Shown here: positions 19,128 through 27,904 of the stretch, piece by piece
Position numbering within the stretch: the stretch's first letter is position 1
How the letters are laid out: each line of letters starts with the position of its first letter
NCBI GenBank assembly: GCA_049968755.1
Contig: JBMFQE010000012.1
Coordinates: forward strand, 12,608-76,607
Origin: Bacteroidales bacterium
Lineage (GTDB): Bacteria > Bacteroidota > Bacteroidia > Bacteroidales > DTGW01
Length of the DNA stretch: 64,000 nucleotides
Reading direction: 5' to 3'
Made by a program: the position numbers and the translations under genes
The notes under the pieces: model-generated
Databases searched by the model: none
What the model was told of the DNA's origin: nothing
Seen by the model: the letters and a program-made list of their open reading frames with translations, nothing else

Positions 19128-22100
19128 GCATCCTTTTGCAAAATTTCGTTCAAAAGCCCAAGCAGAGCTTTTCTATTGATGGGCTTTTCGAGATACCCGT
19201 TAAAACCTGCCTGTATAATTTTTTTCTTATCCTCGGCCAGGGCATAAGCTGTTTGGGCAATAACGGGTAAGTGCGGAAATTGCTTTTTGATAAGCGCAAA
19301 CAGCTCGTAACCATCAATGTCGGGTAGTAACAAATCGAGCAAAACAAGCTGTATGCCGCTGTGTTTTCGCAGCAATTGCAAAGCAGTCTTTCCATCCACG
19401 GCATGCAATAACTGCACTCCCGTAGCCTCTAAACTTTCTTCCAATAAAAGATAATTCTCGTGTACATCTTCAACAATCAAAATCAGGGGCGAGTGTTTGA
19501 ATTTTTTTACAGGGGCTGGTTGCCTTGCTTGATGAGTCGATTTTTGAGGAAAGTTAAGGGGAATGGTAAAGTAAAAAGTTGATCCCCTGGCTGGTTCTGA
19601 TTCAAGCCAAATCTTTCCTCCCATAAGGGTAACCAGGCCATGACAAATGGAAAGTCCTACGCCTAATCCTCCATATCTTCTCGCATCGGACATATCAATC
19701 TGCCTGAAAGCCTCAAAAATCAACTGATGCTTTTCGACCTCGATACCAATACCCGTGTCTCGGACATAAAATTCAAGAACTTCAGATTTTTGCACATATC
19801 CAAACTCTATTCGACCCTGTGGGGTAAATTTTATCGCATTGTTAAGCAGATGTTCCAAAATTTGCTGCAGTCTGATTTTATCCCCCACAAGGGTAAGCGT
19901 CGGTTCGGATGGCAGGGTAAGTTTTAATTCCAGCTTATCGTTTAGACCCTTGTATATTAACTCTTCCGAATAATTGTTGTAAATGGTTTGCAGCAGCAAA
20001 TGCAGGTCGAAGGGCTCGTTGACCAACACAAGCTGACCCGAGGCAATTTTTGAAATATCGAGTATGTCGTTCACAATATTGAGCAATTGTTTCGAACTGT
20101 TTTTGATAATTTCAACATACAATTTTCGCTTGTCGGAGGTAAGATCTTCACGTTCGAGAAGAGCAGAGAAGCCCAGGATGCCATTGAGGGGGGTACGGAT
20201 TTCATGGCTCATATTGGCCAGAAAGGCCGATTTCAGCCGGTTGGCTTCCTCGGCTTTTTCGAGAGCTGCTCGCAAGTTTTCCTCCATTTGCTTTCGGGAA
20301 TCTATATCTGAATGGGTACCAATAATCTTCAACGGACGGCCGTTGGCATCGCGGTCGATAATTTTTCCCCGTTCCAGAATCCATTGATACTTACCCTGCT
20401 TGTTTCGAATACGATACTCAATTTCGTAATGCTCGGTTTCGCCCTTCAGATGTCTGCGGAGCTGAGCATAGTTTTTTAGGCGATCGTCGGGATGAATCAT
20501 CTGATCCCAGACCAGATGCCTGGGCTCAAATTCTCCAGGTTTGTAGCCCAACATGATATAGTTTTGGTCGTTGAAATATACCTTATCATTAAGTACATCC
20601 CATTCAAACACGCCATCGTTTACAGCCTCCATAGCCAGCACAAAACGCCTTTCGCTTTCGGCCAGGGCATTGGTCATTTTTTCAGTCTCCGATACGTCGC
20701 GTACCAGCATTTGAAACGACCCTTCGTGCACCGACATGGGAACTACTGTAATTTCAACTGGCACGGTCTTTCCTGAACCTGTTTTTATGCGCGTTCGTTT
20801 TTGATTGATTAATACCTCGCTACCCGATCCGGCATAAGCACGCAAGACTTTAGCTATTTTTCCCGGAAAAAAGTCTTCAAGGGTATATTGGCTTAAATCT
20901 TCACCAGGTCTAAAGCCTAACAACTCATAGCCTTTCTGATTAGCAAAAACAATTCTTCCCTGTTGAATCCAGAAAATATAATCTGGAGAAAATTCAACGA
21001 GTGTTTTGTAGCGTCGTTCGCTTGCCTCGAGCAGTTGATTGGCCTTTGTTTTCTCCGTAATATCGGAAATGATAATACCGAAAACATTTTCCTGTGGTGC
21101 ATACACGGTCAGCTCAAAGTATTTACCTAAAGGGGAATAATAATCTTCAAAACTAACCGGTTCGCCCGTCTTAACCACATGAGCAAACTTCTGCATCCAT
21201 GCCTCAGGTACAGCATTGGAAAAATCGCTCGCTTTCTTTTGTATGATTTTTTCTCGAGAAGTACCCACAATTTTCTCAAAAGCAGGATTAATATCGAGTA
21301 TGGCAAAATCTACCAGTTCGTGCGAACCCTTAAAGATGGGCTGGCAGAGCACAAAGCCATTCCCCATCTGGTTAAATAGCAATCGATATTGCTGCTCATG
21401 CTCCATCAATTTTAGCTCTATTTGCTTAATTTCAGTAATATCCTGAATAACGTTATGAATTTCATTAATCTCGCCCTTGATGTTCTTAAACAGGATAGGT
21501 GTATTGCGTATCCAACGAATGGATCCATTTTTATGCACAATTCTATGTTCAAAGGGTCTGACTTCGCCTGTTTCAAGGATGGTATTGATTTTTCCCATCA
21601 CGTACACCTTGTCATGCTCGTAAATCATATTAAACCATAGCAAGGGATTGACTGTATATTCGGCACTTGAATAGCCAGTAACATTCACGCAGGTGGGGCT
21701 GTGCCAGGTTTCGGTAATTTGTTTGTTTTTAACCTTATTGATTATCAGATAATCGGTGATAGTTTCGATAAGAACGTGCATTTTTCGCTCGCTCTCCATC
21801 AATGCTCGTTCGCTGCGACGGTGCAAAAGCTCCAGGGCTACCCTGCCGCTCACAAGCTCAAGGATCAGATGTGCCCAATCGAGCTGATGGGGAATATGAT
21901 TGAACATAGCGATGAACAGCCCAATTATCTCATTGTCGGGACCAAACAAAGGCATCCCATAGTAATGAATAGCCTCAGAAGGGATAAGTTTTGTCCACTC
22001 GGGGTATGATTCGAAAATACGCTGCTGAAAAATATCCCTTTTTTCCTTTACCACCTGCTGGCAGGGACAGTATTCGAGCGAATATTCAAAATTGGGTTGC

Positions 22101-22414
22101 TGCACCCCATTATAATTCACTACAATGGTCTGGGCAATATGGGGATTGTCAGGATTAATCTCGGCTATAAGCACATAGCTGGCATCCAGTATCTGACGTA
22201 TTTCTTCAACCAAAAACTGGAAAAAAGCTTCACCCGAAAGTCCTGCAATATTGAGTAACAACGCCTGGATGGTTTGGTAGCGTTCAAGAAAAGGGATTTG
22301 CCGGTAAGTCTGCACAACCTCCTTTGCCAGCAACCTTAGCTGTTCAACATCTGTTTCTTTCCCACTGACAAACTCATCGAGACCCGAAAACAGGGAAGCT
22401 ATAATTTTTTCCAT
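19118..22414 (-). CDS. hybrid sensor histidine kinase (GAF, multiple PAS, HisKA, HATPase_c, receiver)
   Basis: 1098 aa. Has the H-box FLANMSHEIRTPLNGILGF, G-boxes DTGIGIEV and GGLGVGLSI, a C-terminal receiver (ILIVEDV...VLLDLLLPDIDG...EKP), and repeated PAS-like blocks (e.g. WIRNTPILF, YRIRNKQGKYQWI). Confidence 0.92.
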   Translation of the reverse strand: MEKIIASLFSGLDEFVSGKETDVEQLRLLAKEVVQTYRQIPFLERYQTIQALLLNIAGLSGEAFFQFLVEEIRQILDASYVLIAEINPDNPHIAQTIVVNYNGVQQPNFEYSLEYCPCQQVVKEKRDIFQQRIFESYPEWTKLIPSEAIHYYGMPLFGPDNEIIGLFIAMFNHIPHQLDWAHLILELVSGRVALELLHRRSERALMESERKMHVLIETITDYLIINKVKNKQITETWHSPTCVNVTGYSSAEYTVNPLLWFNMIYEHDKVYVMGKINTILETGEVRPFEHRIVHKNGSIRWIRNTPILFKNIKGEINEIHNVIQDITEIKQIELKLMEHEQQYRLLFNQMGNGFVLCQPIFKGSHELVDFAILDINPAFEKIVGTSREKIIQKKASDFSNAVPEAWMQKFAHVVKTGEPVSFEDYYSPLGKYFELTVYAPQENVFGIIISDITEKTKANQLLEASERRYKTLVEFSPDYIFWIQQGRIVFANQKGYELLGFRPGEDLSQYTLEDFFPGKIAKVLRAYAGSGSEVLINQKRTRIKTGSGKTVPVEITVVPMSVHEGSFQMLVRDVSETEKMTNALAESERRFVLAMEAVNDGVFEWDVLNDKVYFNDQNYIMLGYKPGEFEPRHLVWDQMIHPDDRLKNYAQLRRHLKGETEHYEIEYRIRNKQGKYQWILERGKIIDRDANGRPLKIIGTHSDIDSRKQMEENLRAALEKAEEANRLKSAFLANMSHEIRTPLNGILGFSALLEREDLTSDKRKLYVEIIKNSSKQLLNIVNDILDISKIASGQLVLVNEPFDLHLLLQTIYNNYSEELIYKGLNDKLELKLTLPSEPTLTLVGDKIRLQQILEHLLNNAIKFTPQGRIEFGYVQKSEVLEFYVRDTGIGIEVEKHQLIFEAFRQIDMSDARRYGGLGVGLSICHGLVTLMGGKIWLESEPARGSTFYFTIPLNFPQKSTHQARQPAPVKKFKHSPLILIVEDVHENYLLLEESLEATGVQLLHAVDGKTALQLLRKHSGIQLVLLDLLLPDIDGYELFALIKKQFPHLPVIAQTAYALAEDKKKIIQAGFNGYLEKPINRKALLGLLNEILQKDAKK

Positions 22415-22515
22415 AAAGGTTATAACTACCTAACATTATTTTAAAATTAAAAAAAAGCCCCTAAAGTTTTGGTATTGATAACACAAAATTTTAGAGGATA
22501 GTGTAATTTATACAC

Positions 22516-22547
22516 AAAAAAATAGCCATCCCCTGAAGAGATGGCTA
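22516..22547 (-). terminator. intrinsic terminator of gpmA
   Basis: The minus strand reads TAGCCATC-TCTTCAGGG-GATGGCTA followed by T7, 23 nt downstream of the gpmA stop. Confidence 0.75.
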
Positions 22548-22569
22548 CTGCTTAAATTTATGATAATAA

Positions 22570-23316
22570 TTATTTAGCTTTACCCTGATTGGCAACCGAT
22601 TCCATAGCTTTTCGGATAGCTTCCTGGTCGCCCAGATAGTAATGCTGTATGGGACGTAGGTTGGCATCGAGCTCATATACCAGGGGTATACCGGTTGGGA
22701 TGTTAAGCTCGAGAATATCCTTATCGGAAATATTGTCGAGAAATTTCACCAACGCTCGCAGACTATTGCCATGGGCAGCAATGATGATTTTTTTACCTTT
22801 CTTTATTTCGGGGGCAATGGTGCTTTCCCAGAAAGGCACCACCCGAGCAACCGTATCTTTAAGCGACTCGGTAGCAGGTAGCAATTTGGGGTCAATATCC
22901 TTATAGCGTACGTCAAAACGGGGATGACGCGGATCATTTTCATCCAGAGCGGGAGGGGGTACGTCGTAGCTACGACGCCATATTTTCACCTGCTCTTCGC
23001 CATGTTTTGCAGCCATCTCGGCCTTGTTCAACCCCTGTAAAGCTCCATAGTGACGTTCGTTAAGGGTATAGCTTTTTATTACTGGAATCCACAGCAGATC
23101 CATTTCATCGGTAGCCAGCCACAACGTACGAATAGCACGTTTAAGGGTTGAGGTAAAGGCTAAATCAAAAGTATAACCCTCTTGCTTAAGCACCCGACCT
23201 GCATTGCGAGCCTCTTCTATCCCTTTTTCCGATAAATCAACATCTGTCCATCCGGTAAAACGGTTCTCTTTATTCCATACGCTTTCACCGTGTCGAAGTA
23301 ATACAATTTTATACAT
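22570..23316 (-). CDS. gpmA: 2,3-bisphosphoglycerate-dependent phosphoglycerate mutase
   Basis: 248 aa with [18 protein letters not shown] and [10 protein letters not shown], the dPGM signatures. Confidence 0.95.
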   Translation of the reverse strand: MYKIVLLRHGESVWNKENRFTGWTDVDLSEKGIEEARNAGRVLKQEGYTFDLAFTSTLKRAIRTLWLATDEMDLLWIPVIKSYTLNERHYGALQGLNKAEMAAKHGEEQVKIWRRSYDVPPPALDENDPRHPRFDVRYKDIDPKLLPATESLKDTVARVVPFWESTIAPEIKKGKKIIIAAHGNSLRALVKFLDNISDKDILELNIPTGIPLVYELDANLRPIQHYYLGDQEAIRKAMESVANQGKAK

Positions 23317-23377
23317 TGCTTTCTACTTTTTATAGGTTAATTTTTAACAACAAAATTACAATATTCCTGCCAACATT

Positions 23378-23851
23378 TTACCTGACATCAATTTTCCGGG
23401 TACGCGCTTGAAAGGTAACCTGAACTAAGAAAAGTTGCCCTACTCTCTTTTTTTGATTCTGGGCAGGTTCCCATACTGGCGAGGACCCAATAACCCTCAC
23501 TACTTCATCATCGAGTAGCTTATACCCCGAGCTTTTGAGTACCGAGAACACTTCGACCTTGCCATCCCAATTCACACCAAACTGCACAGCCACCGTACCC
23601 TGTTGTCGTTTACGCAGGGCAGCAGGTGGATACTTAATATTTTTCTTCAAATAGGCAAGAAAGGCATGGATATCATTTCCCTGAAAACGAGCAGGTGTCT
23701 CCACCGTGGCATAATATTCGGTATCGACGGTGGGTTCGGCTATTTGCTCGGGCGATTTCTTTTCTGTCGAAACCGTATGCCGCGTAAGCATACACGCCGG
23801 CAGCCAAATAAATGCGGCAATTACGAGGGGGATTATCCGGAAATTTTTCAT
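23378..23851 (-). CDS. TonB C-terminal domain protein
   Basis: 157 aa with a signal/lipoprotein-like N-terminus (WLPAC) and a C-terminal YPPAALRKRQQGTVAVQFGVNWDGKV TonB_C pattern. Confidence 0.7.
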   Translation of the reverse strand: MKNFRIIPLVIAAFIWLPACMLTRHTVSTEKKSPEQIAEPTVDTEYYATVETPARFQGNDIHAFLAYLKKNIKYPPAALRKRQQGTVAVQFGVNWDGKVEVFSVLKSSGYKLLDDEVVRVIGSSPVWEPAQNQKKRVGQLFLVQVTFQARTRKIDVR

Positions 23852-23916
23852 CCAACAAATTTTTAGTTCTACCAGGCAATATCCCTGAAATCATGCTGCA
23901 GGATATAGCCTTGATT

Positions 23917-24933
23917 TTATTGATTATTATTCTTTCGTAAAGCCAGCGTAAGCATCGACAGCAGCCCCAAGAGGATAATGCTGATAGCCTGCGAACCGTG
24001 ACTTAGCAGGGCATAAGCCAGAGCATCGTTCCACGTTATAGCGTAAAGCGATAGGCCAAGCGCCACAATAGCATGATAGGTACCTATACCTCCCTGCACA
24101 GGTACTACAAATCCATAACTTCCAACCACCATGATAAAAAATGCATCGATAAAATTCAACGAATGCGTTGCTGTCATGGCTTTGAGAGCAAAATAGGTCA
24201 TCAGAATGTAAACCAACCATATGAAAAGCGTAACCCCCAGAAAACGCACCCTTCGCTTGAGCTTCAATACCGACTTTACTCCCTGGTATATGCCATAACC
24301 AAACTGCCCAACTTTACCCCGAAGCATATATTCCCTAATCGTATGTCGATACATCAATACCATCATCATAGCAACCAACAAAACCAAAGCAATTAAAATC
24401 CATCCATACACTGAAATGGATAATATCCAGTGAAATTTTTCAGATAGGGGGATAATAATTTTTTCGTGAAAAAACTGGCCAAAGGTTTTTAGCTTAAAAA
24501 GGATAACTGTAATGGTGAGTATACCCAGCATAATTACATCCCAGGCACGTTCGGCAATGACAGTTCCAATCAGGGCGTCGGCAGGTATCTTTTCCGTGCG
24601 ATTGAGGACTCCGCAGCGCGTAATTTCACCAATACGCGGGAAAGCGTAATTAGCCGTATAGCCTATCATCAGGGCGTGATAGGCCGATTGCAAACGTACC
24701 TGATACCCCAACGGCTCAATCATTAACACCCAACGATAGCTGCGCCCCAACATGCCAAGCAAACCAAAACCAAGGGATACCAGCAGTAAATCGTACCGCG
24801 TCGAAAGCAGACTATTGAGTAGCGATTGATAATCGATACTGCGAAATGCGAGATACAACAGCACTATACCCAGTCCACTGAAAAAGAGGTATTGCAGAAT
24901 ATTAAAAAGCGTACTTTTTTTGATCACTCCCAC
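23917..24933 (-). CDS. flippase-like / lysylphosphatidylglycerol-synthase TM-region family membrane protein
   Basis: 338 aa with about 8 TM segments. The GRSYRWVLMIEPLGY pattern resembles the UPF0104/LPG_synthase_TM family. Confidence 0.55.
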   Translation of the reverse strand: MGVIKKSTLFNILQYLFFSGLGIVLLYLAFRSIDYQSLLNSLLSTRYDLLLVSLGFGLLGMLGRSYRWVLMIEPLGYQVRLQSAYHALMIGYTANYAFPRIGEITRCGVLNRTEKIPADALIGTVIAERAWDVIMLGILTITVILFKLKTFGQFFHEKIIIPLSEKFHWILSISVYGWILIALVLLVAMMMVLMYRHTIREYMLRGKVGQFGYGIYQGVKSVLKLKRRVRFLGVTLFIWLVYILMTYFALKAMTATHSLNFIDAFFIMVVGSYGFVVPVQGGIGTYHAIVALGLSLYAITWNDALAYALLSHGSQAISIILLGLLSMLTLALRKNNNQ

Positions 24934-24938
24934 TGCAT

Positions 24939-25292
24939 TCAGTTTTTCAGCCGGTTTGTTTTAGTGTCGGGAAAAATAACGGAAGGCTTAAAATTTTTGA
25001 CTTCGGCTGGATCCATAAGGGCAAATGCCATGATGATAACCACATCGCCCACCATCATTTTTCGTGCAGCTGGTCCATTCATAATAATGTCACCTGAACC
25101 TCTCTTACCCTTTATTACATAGGTATCAATGCGTTCGCCATTGTTGAGATTCACAACCTGTACCTTCTCCCCTTCTACCAAACCTGCAGCATCCATCAGA
25201 TCCTCATCAATGGTTATACTTCCTACATAATTCAGGTTGGCCTCGGTGACGGTGACCAGATGAATTTTCGATTTTAATACTTCGATGAACAT
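24939..25292 (-). CDS. panD: aspartate 1-decarboxylase
   Basis: 117 aa. [23 protein letters not shown] contains the G-S self-cleavage site. Confidence 0.95.
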   Translation of the reverse strand: MFIEVLKSKIHLVTVTEANLNYVGSITIDEDLMDAAGLVEGEKVQVVNLNNGERIDTYVIKGKRGSGDIIMNGPAARKMMVGDVVIIMAFALMDPAEVKNFKPSVIFPDTKTNRLKN

Positions 25293-25310
25293 AACAATTT
25301 TTTTTGACTA

Positions 25311-25318
25311 CAAAGTTA
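25311..25318 (-). promoter_or_regulatory. -7 promoter box for panD (TAACTTTG on the minus strand)
   Basis: The plus strand reads CAAAGTTA, the reverse complement of TAnnTTTG, 19 nt upstream of the panD start. Confidence 0.45.
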
Positions 25319-25514
25319 ACAGTTTTTTTAGCCATCGAAAAATTCATAAAAATTCAAAACTACCTATGATTGCTTATCACCTCACACACCTCATACTTGC
25401 AATCTTAAACAAAATGTATTATCTTTCACCAGAAAATAATTTATACCTGAATATTAACCCTGCGAAACTCGCTATTTTACAACATTACCGGTGAGTTTCT
25501 AAAAATTCAAACGT

Positions 25515-25949
25515 ATGAAAAAATTTATTTTTTTATTATTACTTGTACTTTTTGCGGCTGGTTTTTCTGGCTGCAAATACAAAAAACAGGCCGAGTATAT
25601 CAAACAGCTTGAGAATGCAGTAAAGGAAGATTCTCTCAAGCGAGTAGCCGAGCTGGAAGCCCTAAAAGCCGAGATGCAGGCAAAAATTGACTCGCTACAA
25701 GCTGCCTGCCAGTCGAAAAATCCCCAGGGCAACTTTTGCGTGATTACCGGAAGTTTTCGCATCCAGCAAAATGCCGACAATTACGTTCAGGAAATGGTGA
25801 AGCTGGGATATAAAGCTCAAATTATCGACGCACCCAACGGCTTTCATCTGGTAAGTACCTATTGCGCTGGCTCCTTAAGCGAAGCCCTGTCGGAACTCAA
25901 CAACGCCCGAAGTAACATCCATCCCGATTCGTGGATATATGTTAAATAA
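25515..25949 (+). CDS. SPOR-like domain lipoprotein
   Basis: 144 aa with a lipobox (FSGC), a coiled segment, then FCVITGSFRIQQNADNYVQEMVKLGYKAQIIDAPNGFHLVS, which resembles a SPOR domain. Confidence 0.6.
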   Translation: MKKFIFLLLLVLFAAGFSGCKYKKQAEYIKQLENAVKEDSLKRVAELEALKAEMQAKIDSLQAACQSKNPQGNFCVITGSFRIQQNADNYVQEMVKLGYKAQIIDAPNGFHLVSTYCAGSLSEALSELNNARSNIHPDSWIYVK

Positions 25950-25975
25950 AAAATGTGTGATTAGAAAAATAATAT

Positions 25976-25983
25976 TATCTTTG
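25976..25983 (+). promoter_or_regulatory. -7 promoter box (TATCTTTG) for rimP-nusA-infB
   Basis: Exact TAnnTTTG match, 53 nt upstream of the rimP ATG at 26036. Confidence 0.5.
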
Positions 25984-26035
25984 CAGCGAAATATGCAAGT
26001 AGCGTAGGGGACAAAAGTCCCCTATTTTGTTAACC

Positions 26036-26509
26036 ATGCGGGCCATGATAACCGAAAACGATGTTGAAGATATTCTGCGTAAACACCTCGATCGGGACAA
26101 ATATTTTATTGTAAAGGTAAAATTAAGTCCAGGTAATAAAATATTTGTAGCCGTTGATAATTACACAAACATCACACTCGAGGAATGTGCTCAAATCCAC
26201 CAGATGCTTATTCCACACCTGGATGCCATTGACGAGGATTACGAGCTGGAAGTTTCGTCACCCGGGCTTACACAACCTTTCGAGGTTATTGAACAGTATC
26301 GCAAATATAAAAATAACGAAGTTGAAGTGCTGCTACGGAACGGGGAAAAAAGGTCGGGTATTCTGGGCGACACCTTTGAAAATGGATTCGACCTGCTGGT
26401 AGAAAAAAAGGTTGCCGAAGCCGGCAGCAAAAAAAAGAAAAAAGTTACAGAAAATCAGTTCATTGAATTTGCTCAGGTAAAATATACACGAAGAAAAATT
26501 AAATTTTAA
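26036..26509 (+). CDS. rimP: ribosome maturation factor RimP
   Basis: Lies immediately upstream of nusA, the conserved order. Has the ELEVSSPG motif. The track start at 26027 is TTG; the first ATG is at 26036. Confidence 0.85.
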   Translation: MRAMITENDVEDILRKHLDRDKYFIVKVKLSPGNKIFVAVDNYTNITLEECAQIHQMLIPHLDAIDEDYELEVSSPGLTQPFEVIEQYRKYKNNEVEVLLRNGEKRSGILGDTFENGFDLLVEKKVAEAGSKKKKKVTENQFIEFAQVKYTRRKIKF

Positions 26510-26529
26510 TATCCAAAAACTCACAATAT

Positions 26530-27765
26530 ATGGAAAATTTCAATCTGGCGGAGATATTCTCGGAAGTCAAGGAATTAAAAAATATCGACCGAGTAACCAT
26601 GATGCGGGTGCTCGAAGATGTATTCCGCTCGATGCTGGCCAAGCAATACGGCAGTGCCGACAATTTCGATGTGATCATTAATCCCGACAAAGGCGACTTT
26701 GAGATTTGGCGCAATCGGCACGTGGTACCCGACGAAGAATACACCGATCCCAACACCCAAATTCCCCTTTCGGAAGCCAAAAAGATTGATGAGGATTATG
26801 AGGTAGGGGAAGATGTATCCGAAGAATTTAAGCCTAAAGACATGAGTCGCAGGGCTATTCTGGCACTTCGCCAGAACCTGAGCACACGCCTGATGGAGCT
26901 CGAAAAAAACAATCTTTATGCAAAATACAAAGACCGAATTGGCGATATTGTAACAGGCGAAGTATATCAGGTCTGGAAAAAAGAAATTCTCGTCCTTGAC
27001 GACGAAGGAAATGAACTCATTCTTCCCCGCGACCAGCAAATACCTGGCGACTTTTTCAAGAAGGGGGATACTGTTAGGGCAGTGGTATATAAGGTTGAGA
27101 TGAAGAATAATAAGCCGCTTATCATACTATCGCGCACCTCTCCTAAATTCCTTGAAAAGCTTTTCGAACTCGAGGTTCCTGAGATATTCGATGGACTCAT
27201 TACCATCAAGAAAATTGTTCGCATACCCGGCGAACGTGCCAAAGTAGCTGTAGAATCGTACGATGAGCGTATCGACCCGGTAGGTGCCTGCGTAGGGATG
27301 AAAGGTTCGCGCATCCATGGCATCGTTAGGGAATTGCGAAATGAAAACATCGACGTTATCAACTACACCAACAATACGCAACTCTTAATCCAGCGTGCGC
27401 TGGCACCGGCAAAAATATCTTCTATCAAACTCGACGAAGCCAATAAACGTGCAGAGGTTTATTTACAACCCAAAGAAGTATCGCTGGCCATCGGCAAAGG
27501 AGGTATGAACATTAAGCTTGCCAGCCAGCTCACCGGATACGAAATAGATGTATATCGCGAATCGGCCGAAGACGAAGAAGATGTCAGCCTCGATGAATTT
27601 GCCGACGAAATTGACGAATGGATCATCGACGAACTCAAGGCCATAGGCTGCGATACCGCTAAAAGTGTATTACAGGTAGGATTTGACGACCTGGTTAAAC
27701 GAACCGACCTTGAAGAAGAAACCGTTCGTGAAGTGCTGCGAATCTTGAAATCAGAATTTGAATAA
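26530..27765 (+). CDS. nusA: transcription termination/antitermination factor NusA
   Basis: 411 aa with an S1 domain (GDIVTGEVYQV), KH domains (DPVGACVGMKGSRI, AIGKGGMNIKLAS) and an acidic C-terminus. Confidence 0.95.
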   Translation: MENFNLAEIFSEVKELKNIDRVTMMRVLEDVFRSMLAKQYGSADNFDVIINPDKGDFEIWRNRHVVPDEEYTDPNTQIPLSEAKKIDEDYEVGEDVSEEFKPKDMSRRAILALRQNLSTRLMELEKNNLYAKYKDRIGDIVTGEVYQVWKKEILVLDDEGNELILPRDQQIPGDFFKKGDTVRAVVYKVEMKNNKPLIILSRTSPKFLEKLFELEVPEIFDGLITIKKIVRIPGERAKVAVESYDERIDPVGACVGMKGSRIHGIVRELRNENIDVINYTNNTQLLIQRALAPAKISSIKLDEANKRAEVYLQPKEVSLAIGKGGMNIKLASQLTGYEIDVYRESAEDEEDVSLDEFADEIDEWIIDELKAIGCDTAKSVLQVGFDDLVKRTDLEEETVREVLRILKSEFE

Positions 27766-27904
27766 GTATAATTTGACACTTACACGAAACGTAACCATTA
27801 ACCGTATTTTTTTAAAAAATTATATCGCAAATACTTAGGGGCTGTTAGCTCGGTATCGAAATTTATTTACTAATATTGCAAGGAAAAACAAGGGGTAGCA
27901 TTTT

